From NCBI GenBank assembly GCA_964014485.1, contig CAXHAT010000114.1, forward strand, positions 1 through 25,750: 25,750 bases of DNA, written 5' to 3'. The stretch comes from an uncultured Deferribacteres bacterium. GTDB lineage: Bacteria > Zhuqueibacterota > Zhuqueibacteria > Zhuqueibacterales > Geothermadaptataceae. This document shows positions 1 through 9,400 of this stretch, one piece after another; within the stretch, counting starts at the first letter, position 1; each line of letters begins with the position of its first letter. The position numbers and the translations under genes were made by a program. A model generated the notes under the pieces. It was not told the DNA's origin and did not search any database. It worked only from the letters and a program-made list of their open reading frames with translations.

Positions 1-2
1 AT

Positions 3-3000
3 TTATGGATGTCGTGGGGAATCAAGCCGTCGGTGGTGATGGGGCATAGCGTCGGCGAGTATGTCGCGGCGTGTCTGGCGGGCGTTTTTAGTCTGGAAGA
101 AGGTTTGAAGCTTATCGCCGAGCGTGGGCGGCTGATGGATTCCGCGACCGCAAGCGGCGCGATGACGGCCATTTTTGCCAGTGAAGAAAAGACGCGCGCG
201 CTAATTGCCGGATTTGAAGAAAACGTCTCAATCGCCGCGATCAACGGTCCGGCGAACACGGTGATTTCCGGCGAAAAACAAGCCGTCGCGGAAATTCAGC
301 AAAAGTGCGTTTCAGAAGAAATTAAATTTCGCGAATTGGTCGTTTCCAGCGCCTTTCATTCGCCGTTGATGAATTCAATCTTGGACGAATTCACGACTTT
401 CGCTAAACAATTTGAATTCAAAACACCGAAGCTCAGACTGCTCTCAAATTTAACCGGCGATTTCGTCACGCCCGACCAAAATCTCGACGCGGATTACTGG
501 ACGCGCCACCTGCGCCAGCCTGTGCAGTTTCTCGCCGCGATGCAAAAATTGCAGGAATCCGGCGTTGAGGCATTTCTGGAAATCGGGCCGACGCCGACGC
601 TGCTTGGCATGGGCGCGCGCTGTTTTGAAGAAGGATTTGGCCGTTGGCTGCCCTCGCTGCGCAAGGGTCGCGACGACTGGCAGCAAATGCTTGAATCTCT
701 TGGCGCTCTGTTCGTGCAAGGCATCGACATTGACTGGAGAGCTTTTGACGAACCCTACAACCGCCGAAAAATTTCAATCCCGACCTACCCGTTTCAGCGT
801 ACACGTTTTTGGCCGGACATCGTGCAATCGCCGCATCATCTGAACGGCGCGTCTGAGCCGAAAATTCATCCTTTGCTGCATAAAAGCACGCAGTCGCCGC
901 TGGTCGAAAAGATCGTTTTTGAAGCCAATTTGCGACCGGATGACGCGAAGTTTTTCAAAGATCACATCGTCCATGACATGATCGTCGTCCCGGCGACGGC
1001 GCATCTCGAAATGGCGCTCTCGGCGGCAAAACTTATTTTGAAGAATGAAGCGGAAATCAATGACGTAATCATCAAAGAACCGCTGATTTTGGATGATGAA
1101 AAACCGACGCAAGTTCAGTTCGTTTTTTTACCTGAAGAAGACGGCGTGCGGGCATTCGAATTGATTTCAATCGATGAGAGCGAAGCGCAAGGCTATCGTC
1201 TGCATTCAAAAGGAAAGGTCTCGCAACGAGACTCCGCCCAAAGTACGCAAGATTTCCAACGCGAAAAAATCCTGAAACGCTGCACAAAACAGATCGGGCA
1301 CGACGATTACTACGCGCAAATGAAAATGCGCGGCGTAGCATTCGGCGAGACGTTCTGCGCGATGACGGAACTGCATTGCGGCGAAAATGAAGCACTCGGC
1401 AAGATTGAAATTCCCGACGCGCTGACAACGGAATTCGATAACTACAATTTCCACCCGGCCTTGCTCGACGCTTGCCTGCATCCGCTCGTTGGCGCGTGGC
1501 CGGAAAATGATGATTTGCGCGAAGACGACACCTACTTGCCGCTCAGCGTCGAATCCACGAATTTTTACCAAAAACCAAATGGCGCGCTTTGGAGCCATAT
1601 GAAGCTGCAACCTTCCGGCAGCGCCAATGCCGAGACTTTTTCGGGCGACTATAAAATTTATTCGGAAGGCGGCGAATTGGTCGCTGAAATTCGCGGTTTT
1701 CTGGTGAAAAGAACCACGGCGGCGGCGTTAAATCGTGGCAAGCAGGACGATCTTTCTGATTGGTTTTACGAAATCGTCTGGGAAAAACAGACGCTTGCTT
1801 TGCAGAACGAATTCGCTGCGCAATTGGCTGCACCGAACGTGCTGACGAGCGCTTCGCAGGCGGTTTTGCCGCAATTGATTGCGAAGGACGCCTTGCGGGA
1901 ATACAGCGAGGTTCTGCCAAAACTCGAAAACATCTGCTGTGAATTCGTCGCGGCGGCGTTGCAAAAGCTTGGGTTCGATTTTCAATCCGGAAAAGCGTTT
2001 TCCCCAAAAGCGCTGGCGGACGAATTGGGCGTTATCCAAAACCATCGCCGATTATTCGGGCGATTGCTCGACATGCTTTGCGAAACCAGTTGGCTGGAAA
2101 CGAGCGGAAACGGTTTTCGCGTTATCGAATCGCCGCGCTTTCAAAATCCGGCGGAGTCGTCGACAAAGCTTGCACACAATTTCGATGCGTGCAAAGCGGA
2201 GATCGAACTAACGGCAAAATGCGGCGCGCGACTCGCCGAAGTTTTGACCGGAAGCCAAGACCCGCTGCAACTGCTTTTCCCGGACGGCTCGGTCGAAATT
2301 CTCGAAAAAATCTACCGCCAATCGCCGCTGATGGAAGCATTGAATGGGCTTGTTGAAAGTGCGATTCAAAAGCTCGTCGCAGAACTGCCATCAGACGGAA
2401 AATTGCGCATTCTCGAAATTGGCGCGGGAACCGGCGGGACAACGACTTTTGTGCTGCCGTACCTGCCGCCGGAGCGGACGGAGTACACTTTCACTGACGT
2501 TGGCGCTTATTTCTTGCAAAAAGCAGCGGAGAAGTTCGCCGAATTCCCCTTCGTCGAATACAAAACGCTGGACGCCGAATTGCCGCCCTCCGAGCAAGGT
2601 TTTAACGGACGAGAATTCGACGTGATCATCGCCGCCAATGTGCTGCACGCGACGGCGGATTTGGGGCAATGCCTTGAGCGCGTCAAGCAAATGCTCGCCC
2701 CGAACGGCGCATTGATTTTGCTGGAAGGAATCGCGCCGCAGCGTTGGGTCGATCTCACGTTTGGTTTAACCGAGGGCTGGTGGAAATTTACCGACACGGA
2801 TTTGCGCCCGAATTATCCGCTGATTTCCGGCGAAGCGTGGAAAACGTTTCTTGAAGCGCAAGGATTTAGCGAGCCGTGCGTTCTGCCTGACGCATCTGAT
2901 GAAGCGCAAACCGCCGGTTCCGCGCTTTCGCAACACGCCATGATTATCGCGCGCAGCTCTCAACAAAAATCTTCTGAAAAGGAATCGAACACGTGGCTGA

Positions 3001-6000
3001 TTTTCGCGGATGAAGAAGGCGCTGGAAAGCAAATTTCAGAGCTTGCCGCGAAAAACGGCGACCGCGCTGTCGTCATTTCCGCCGGAGCGGAATTTGAGAT
3101 GAACGATGAGAATCACTTCGTCATCGATCCCGCGCAACCCGATGATTTTCGGCGAGTTTTCGAGCAAATTGAATCTTCCGCAACGCCGCCGATTTCGCAG
3201 GTGATTTACGGCTGGGCGTTGGAAGAGAACGGCGGGGATGGCTGTTCTCTGGAATCGTTGCAAAACACTCAGGCAAAAACCGGTGCCGGCTTGCTGCATA
3301 TTGCGCAGGCGATGATTCGCTCTGGCGCCGCGAAAATGCCGCGACTTTGGGTGTTGACGAACAGCGCGCAGGCTGTGCGCGATGACTCAAAACCATCGAC
3401 TCCTACGTCATTCCCGACTCTCTCATCTATGTCATTCCCGCAGAGGCGGGAATCTATGGGCCGTGCAAAACCACTGGATTCCCGCCTGCGCGGGAATGAC
3501 GTGGAGGAGAGTTACGAGACAGGTCTCGTCCATACGCCGTTGTGGGGATTCGCCAAAGTCATAGCGTTGGAGCACCCCGAATTGCATTGCACGCGCGTCG
3601 ATCTCGATTCGACGGCGGAAAATGGATTCGAAAATTTTCTGCGCGAAATCAACGCCGATTCGAAGGAAGACCAAATCGCGTTTCGCAACGACGAGCGGCT
3701 GGTTGCACGGTTGTCTCGGCATGAATTTCAAAAAAATGGCCAACCGGAATCGTTGGGAAACGCGCCGTCGGTTCGTTTGAAAATCGACAAACCCGGTCTG
3801 CTCGACACATTGAATTATGCACCAATTGAGCGCCGCGAACCGGACGCGTATGAAGTCGAAATTCGTGTCGCTACGACCGGTTTGAACTTTCGTGATGTGC
3901 TGAAAACGCTCGGCATGTATCCCGGTGGCGATGCGGAAATGCTGGGCGGCGAATGCGCAGGAATTGTAACGGCGGTCGGCAAAAATGTACAAAGTTTCCA
4001 GCCTGGCGACACAGTGACAGGCATTGCGACGGGCGCTTTTGCTTCGTTCGTGACGACGGACGCGAATCTGGTCGTTCGCAAACCGGACGCGCTTTCGTTT
4101 ACCGAAGCCGCAACCATTCCAAGCGCTTACATGACGGCCTGGTACTGTCTGCACACGCTCGGAAAAATCCAAAAAGGCGACCGTGTTTTGATTCACGCGG
4201 CGGCTGGCGGCGTCGGTCTGGCGGCGGTGAATATCGCCAAACAAGCAGGCGCGGAAATTTTCGGCACGGCGGGCAGCGATGAAAAACACGACTTCCTCAA
4301 ATCGCTTGGGGTGCATCATGTTATGAATTCTCGCACGCTCGATTTCGCCGAAGAAATTGAACAAATCACCAACGGCGAAGGCGTCGATCTCGTGCTGAAT
4401 TCGCTCAGCGACGATTTCATTCCAAAAACGCTCAGCGTTGTTAAAAACGGCGGGCGTTTCATCGAAATCGGTAGGCGCGGGATTTGGAGCGCGGAAGAAG
4501 CGCGCAAGGTCAAAAACCTCAGCGTCTACGAAATCGTCGATCTCGCCAAAGCTTCTGAAGAAGAGCCTGGGTTGATTAAATCAATTTTGGCCAAAGTGAT
4601 GCGCGAAGTTGAAGCGGGCGGTTTGAAACCGCTGCCGCATAAGACTTTCCCGGCGTCTGAGACCGAAGAAGCGTTCCGGTTTATGCAGCAGGCTCGGCAT
4701 ATTGGGAAAATTGTGGTCGAACATGACACGCAATCTGATCCAAACTTTTCCCTGCTAACCTCCACTACGTCATTCCCGCGCAGGCGGGAATCCAGTGGCG
4801 GTGCGAAAGTCCTGGATTCCCGCCTGCGCGGGAATGACAAGGCGGCGAGTAACGAGAATGACGTGGTGGATGGGGCGGAGGTTTTGATCCGCCACAACGC
4901 AACCTACTTCATCACCGGCGGGCTGGCTGGGCTGGGACTTCTGACCGCTGAATGGCTGGTCGAGCACGGCGCGCGACGTCTTTTGCTGATGGCGCGCAGC
5001 GATCCGAGTGAAATTGCGCGAGAAAAAATCGCGGCAAGGCGAGAACAAGGAGCGCAAATCGAAATTTTGCAAGGCGACATCTCGCAACCGGAAGACGTGG
5101 CGAAAGCGTTTGAAATCATATCCGAAAGAATGCCGCCGCTGAAAGGCGTTTTTCATTCGGCGGGCGTGCTGAACGACGGCGCGATTTTGCAGCAAAGTTG
5201 GGATCGTTTCGAGTACGTGCTTGCGCCAAAAGTCCACGGCGGCTGGCTGCTGCACCAGCACACAAAAAATCTCGATCTCGACCATTTTGTGCTTTATTCT
5301 TCCTACGGTTCGCTCATGGGCAATCGCGGCCAGGCAAACCACGCAGGCGCGAACATGTTTTTGGACATGCTGGCGCATCGTCGCCAGGGGTTGGGGCTAC
5401 CGGGATTGAGCATCAACTGGGGCGCGTGGTCGCAAATCGGCGCGGCGGCGGATCGCGGCGTGGATGCGCGCGTTTCAGGGCAGGGCGTGCGAGCGATTTC
5501 ACCGGAAAACGGGTTGCGCGCGTTGGAATACGCCATGCGTCAATCGAATCCGCAAATCGGCGTTGTGCCCATCGATTGGCGGGCGTGGTTCCGCCAGAAC
5601 TCCGATGCAAAAACCAGAATTTTTCTCGAAAAACTCCTTCCAGCGGAAGCCGAAAAAACGGCGCCGTCGAAAAAGCGCGAAGTGAAAATCCGCGAGCAAT
5701 TGGCGGATGCGGCTCCTGAGAAATCCGAGCAGATTCTGCTCGATTACGTTCACGACCAGGCGCGAAAAATCATGGGACTCGCGGCCAATCAGGGGGTGGA
5801 TGTAGAACAGCCGTTGCACGACATTGGCCTCGATTCACTCATGGCCGTCGAATTGCGCAACGCCATCGGCGGCGGGCTGGAACTGGACGGCGCGCTGCCC
5901 GCGACATTGCTGTTCGATTATCCGACCATTTCCGCGGTCGCAGCATTTCTCGCCGAGGAAGTTTTGCACTTAAACGGCAACGGCGCTATTGAAACTGATC

Positions 6001-6089
6001 CGCCGGAAGAGCAAAAACACGACGACCTCGATGAATTAACCGACGAACAAGCCGAAGCCCTGCTCCTGGAAGAGCTTGGGGAGAAATAG
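3..6089 (+). CDS. Type I modular PKS (PKS-1), 5'-partial: (AT)-DH-cMT-psiKR-ER-KR-ACP plus C-terminal docking helix
   Basis: Frame is open from the window edge, so the ATG at 9 is internal. Motifs: AT GHSVG and VSSAFHS; DH DHIVHDMIVVP and HPALLDAC; C-methyltransferase LEIGAGTGG and ANVLHAT; ER LIHAAAGGVG; KR TGGLAGLG and AGVLND; ACP GLDSLM; acidic C-terminus LTDEQAEALLLEEL. Confidence 0.97.
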   Translation, partial: LWMSWGIKPSVVMGHSVGEYVAACLAGVFSLEEGLKLIAERGRLMDSATASGAMTAIFASEEKTRALIAGFEENVSIAAINGPANTVISGEKQAVAEIQQKCVSEEIKFRELVVSSAFHSPLMNSILDEFTTFAKQFEFKTPKLRLLSNLTGDFVTPDQNLDADYWTRHLRQPVQFLAAMQKLQESGVEAFLEIGPTPTLLGMGARCFEEGFGRWLPSLRKGRDDWQQMLESLGALFVQGIDIDWRAFDEPYNRRKISIPTYPFQRTRFWPDIVQSPHHLNGASEPKIHPLLHKSTQSPLVEKIVFEANLRPDDAKFFKDHIVHDMIVVPATAHLEMALSAAKLILKNEAEINDVIIKEPLILDDEKPTQVQFVFLPEEDGVRAFELISIDESEAQGYRLHSKGKVSQRDSAQSTQDFQREKILKRCTKQIGHDDYYAQMKMRGVAFGETFCAMTELHCGENEALGKIEIPDALTTEFDNYNFHPALLDACLHPLVGAWPENDDLREDDTYLPLSVESTNFYQKPNGALWSHMKLQPSGSANAETFSGDYKIYSEGGELVAEIRGFLVKRTTAAALNRGKQDDLSDWFYEIVWEKQTLALQNEFAAQLAAPNVLTSASQAVLPQLIAKDALREYSEVLPKLENICCEFVAAALQKLGFDFQSGKAFSPKALADELGVIQNHRRLFGRLLDMLCETSWLETSGNGFRVIESPRFQNPAESSTKLAHNFDACKAEIELTAKCGARLAEVLTGSQDPLQLLFPDGSVEILEKIYRQSPLMEALNGLVESAIQKLVAELPSDGKLRILEIGAGTGGTTTFVLPYLPPERTEYTFTDVGAYFLQKAAEKFAEFPFVEYKTLDAELPPSEQGFNGREFDVIIAANVLHATADLGQCLERVKQMLAPNGALILLEGIAPQRWVDLTFGLTEGWWKFTDTDLRPNYPLISGEAWKTFLEAQGFSEPCVLPDASDEAQTAGSALSQHAMIIARSSQQKSSEKESNTWLIFADEEGAGKQISELAAKNGDRAVVISAGAEFEMNDENHFVIDPAQPDDFRRVFEQIESSATPPISQVIYGWALEENGGDGCSLESLQNTQAKTGAGLLHIAQAMIRSGAAKMPRLWVLTNSAQAVRDDSKPSTPTSFPTLSSMSFPQRRESMGRAKPLDSRLRGNDVEESYETGLVHTPLWGFAKVIALEHPELHCTRVDLDSTAENGFENFLREINADSKEDQIAFRNDERLVARLSRHEFQKNGQPESLGNAPSVRLKIDKPGLLDTLNYAPIERREPDAYEVEIRVATTGLNFRDVLKTLGMYPGGDAEMLGGECAGIVTAVGKNVQSFQPGDTVTGIATGAFASFVTTDANLVVRKPDALSFTEAATIPSAYMTAWYCLHTLGKIQKGDRVLIHAAAGGVGLAAVNIAKQAGAEIFGTAGSDEKHDFLKSLGVHHVMNSRTLDFAEEIEQITNGEGVDLVLNSLSDDFIPKTLSVVKNGGRFIEIGRRGIWSAEEARKVKNLSVYEIVDLAKASEEEPGLIKSILAKVMREVEAGGLKPLPHKTFPASETEEAFRFMQQARHIGKIVVEHDTQSDPNFSLLTSTTSFPRRRESSGGAKVLDSRLRGNDKAASNENDVVDGAEVLIRHNATYFITGGLAGLGLLTAEWLVEHGARRLLLMARSDPSEIAREKIAARREQGAQIEILQGDISQPEDVAKAFEIISERMPPLKGVFHSAGVLNDGAILQQSWDRFEYVLAPKVHGGWLLHQHTKNLDLDHFVLYSSYGSLMGNRGQANHAGANMFLDMLAHRRQGLGLPGLSINWGAWSQIGAAADRGVDARVSGQGVRAISPENGLRALEYAMRQSNPQIGVVPIDWRAWFRQNSDAKTRIFLEKLLPAEAEKTAPSKKREVKIREQLADAAPEKSEQILLDYVHDQARKIMGLAANQGVDVEQPLHDIGLDSLMAVELRNAIGGGLELDGALPATLLFDYPTISAVAAFLAEEVLHLNGNGAIETDPPEEQKHDDLDELTDEQAEALLLEELGEK
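3407..3500. repeat. Family A palindromic doublet (70 bp, 3431-3500) plus a partial arm at 3407, in-frame in the PKS-1 psiKR
   Basis: GTCATTCCCGCAGAGGCGGGAATC, a 22 nt spacer, then GATTCCCGCCTGCGCGGGAATGAC; translated SFPQRRES...DSRLRGND. Confidence 0.95.
4769..4838. repeat. Family A palindromic doublet (70 bp), in-frame in the PKS-1 ER-KR linker
   Basis: GTCATTCCCGCGCAGGCGGGAATC, 22 nt, then its exact reverse complement; translated SFPRRRES...DSRLRGND. Confidence 0.96.
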
Positions 6090-6405
6090 AAGTCAGAATA
6101 ATTTCAGTCAAAATCATTGCTATGATTTGAAGGCAAAAAAGACGCTTCAAAAACTTAAAGCCAAAAAATGATTTTGACTTAAATCATTTTGAGAGACACA
6201 AAAACATGACCCATACCTCGAAATCTATGCAAGGGCTTGGGAGAGATAAAGTCAGAATAATTTGAGTCAGAATTATTGATGTGATTCGAAGTCAAAAAAT
6301 AGAGTCGCTGAGAATTTGAAGCCCCGAAAATGATTTTGACTTTAATCATTTTGAGAGACAAAAAGGAAAGACATGACCCGCACCTCGAAACCGCAGCAAG
6401 AGCTT
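6070..6405 (+). repeat. Diverged ~160-165 bp tandem duplication spanning the PKS-1 end, the intergenic region and the PKS-2 start
   Basis: Both units read AAGRGCTTGG..AAGTCAGAATAATTT..AAAATGATTTTGACTT.AATCATTTTGAGAGACA..CATGACCC..ACCTCGAAA. The first unit has an internal inverted repeat AGTCAAAATCATT (6106-6118) / AATGATTTTGACT (6167-6179). Confidence 0.9.
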
Positions 6406-9400
6406 TCTCCCGTTAAACGCGCCATCGTGGAATTGCGCGAAATGCGCCAGCGCGTCGATGAATTGGAGCGCGAAAAGCACGAACCCATCGCCATCGTCGG
6501 CATTGGCTGCCGCTACCCCGGCGGCGTGAAAAGCCCGGACGATTTTTGGAACCTGCTCGCCAACGGCGTGGACGCGATTTCCGAAATTCCCGCCGACCGT
6601 TGGGATATTGAACGACTCTATGATCCCGAAGGCAAATCCCCCGGCAAAATGTCCACCAAATTCGGCGGATTTCTCGACGACGTCGACCAATTCGACGCGG
6701 ATTTTTTCGGTGTATCACCGCGCGAAGCCGCCAGTCTCGATCCGCAGCAGCGGCTTTTGCTCGAAGTGAGCTGGGAAGCTTTGGAACATGCGGGACTTGC
6801 AAACGACAAGCTAAAAGGCGGCAAGACCGGCGTTTATTTCGGCGTCGGCGGTTTCGATTACAGCCAGCTCGAAGCGACGCAGGGCAGCATCGAAGAGATC
6901 GACGCTTACTTCGCGACCGGCGCGGCGCACAGTTGCGCTTCCGGGCGGATTTCCTATTTTCTGGGCTTGCAGGGTCCGAGTTTGTCGGTCGATACCGCCT
7001 GTTCGTCTTCACTCGTTGCAACGCATTTGGCGGCGAAAGCACTGCGCAGCAAGGAATGCAACATGGCGCTCGCGGGCGGAATCAGCATGATTCTCGCGCC
7101 GACCATCAACATCGGCCTCTCGAAAGCCAACATGATGGCGCCGGACGGTCGCTGCAAGACTTTTGACGAGAGCGCCGACGGCTTTGTGCGCTCGGAAGGT
7201 TGCGGGGTGATCGTACTCAAACGCCTTTCCGACGCGCTTGCTGATAACGACAGTATTCTCGCCGTCATACGCGGTTCGGCGATCAATCAGGACGGTCGCA
7301 GCAACGGACTGACCGCGCCAAACGGCCCGTCCCAGCGCCGTGTCATCCGTGACGCGCTCGTCGATGCAGAAGTTGATCCCGAAAATATTAGCTACGTCGA
7401 AACGCACGGCACCGGCACTGATCTCGGCGATCCCATTGAAATTCAAGCGCTTGGCAGCGTGATGCGCACGGAAAAAGGCGCCCATCGTTTGGCCGTCGGA
7501 TCGGTCAAAACGAACATCGGCCACGCGGAAGGCGCGGCGGGCGTCGCCGGGCTGATCAAAGTCGTGCTCGCCATGCAAAACCAAACGATTCCGCCGCACC
7601 TGCACCTCAAATCCCGCAATCCAAAAATCAACTGGAATGAACATTCCTTCGATATTCCAACGGAAAACACAGCCTGGGAGCCGATCAACGGCAAGCGTCT
7701 CGCCGGAGTCAGTTCCTTCGGCTTCAGCGGCACAAACGCGCATGTAATTTTGGAAGAACATGCCGATGCACGAAGTGCAGCGCCCAATTCCCATCCTGGG
7801 AGGGGTAAGGGGTGGGTAAAGCAAAGTTCCGAGCATTCAAAAACGTCTGAAGACATCCCCCTACCCCCCTTCGAAGGGGGAATGACTCGTGCGTCAAAGA
7901 CGCACTCGGACTCCCCCCTTCGAAGGGGGGCTGGGGGGGATGTAAATCACGCCGCCGTTCTTACCCTCTCCGCTAAACGCCCCGAAGCCCTGCGCGACCT
8001 CGCACAAAAACACGCCGAGCATCTCGAGGACAATCCTAACCTCGAACTCAACGACATTTGCGGTACAACCAGCACAGGACGCTTCAACTTCGACCACCGT
8101 CTCGCCGTTGTCGCCAAATCGACGCAGGATTTTCAAAAACAACTCACTGCGTATGCTGAAAACGCCGAGCACCGTGCGATCACCGGCAGCGTGACCAGCT
8201 TGCATCAGCCGAACATCGTTTTTCTCTTTACTGGGCAAGGCTCGCAATATTTCGGCATGGCGAAATCGCTGTACGAATCAGAGCCGGTTTTCAAAAACGC
8301 GCTGGATCGGTGTGATGAAAATTTGCGGGAGCATTTGGGCGACTCAATTCTGGATGTGATTTTTGATAAAAACGCTCTCGAAAACGTCATAGATTCCCGC
8401 CTGCGCGAGAATGACATAGTGGAAGGCGACGGGAATTCTCGTTCCCATGCTTTGCGTGGGAATGCAGCTCAGGATGCTTCGCGTCCAGTGACGACGGCAG
8501 ATAGCGCCGAGCAAGGATCAATTTCTGAAGGCGGGGCGCGTGATTTACCCACCCCTAACCCCTCCCAAGATGGGAATTCTTCGGACGCTTCGCGTCCGGC
8601 CATCGATCAAACCCGTTTCACCCAACCCTCCCTCTTCGCCGTCGAATACGCACTGGCGGAACTGTGGCAATCCTGGGGAATCAAACCGGCGGCGGTTATG
8701 GGGCACAGCGTCGGCGAGTACGTCGCGGCGACGGTCGCGGGCGCGATGACGCTGGAAGACGGCCTGAAATTGATCACGATGCGCGGGAAATTGATGCAGG
8801 AAAAAACCGAACCGGGCACGATGATCGCGGTTTTCGCCGAACTTGGCGAAGTCGAAAAACTAGTTGAAAATCATCAAGATTCGTTAGCAATCGCGGCGGT
8901 CAACGGGCCGCAAAATATCGTCGTTTCCGGCAAAACGGATGCGATTCAGGAAATCGTCAAAATCTGCGATGAGCGCGAGATCAAGCACAAAAAACTTGCC
9001 GTCTCGCGAGCGTTTCATTCGCCCACGATGGATCCGATTCTCGACGATTTTGAGAAAGCCGCCGCGAGCGTGACGCAAAATCCGCTCAAAACCCCGATGG
9101 TCTCGAACCTGACCGGAGAAACGCTGCAACCCGGCGAAACCCTCGACGCAAAATACTGGAGTGAGCACATCCGTCAGCCGGTGCAATTCGTGAAATCCAT
9201 GCAGGCGCTGTGGAACGACGGCCAGCGCGTCTTTCTGGAGATCGGCGCCAATCCTGTGCTGCTCGGCATGGCGCAGCGCTTCGCGGAAGGCGACGCGGCC
9301 AAGTCGGTCTGGCTGCCGTCCTTGCGAAAAGGCCGCGAGGACATGGAGCAAATGCTTGAAACTCTCGGCCAGCTTTATGTGCGCGGCGTGAAAATCGATT

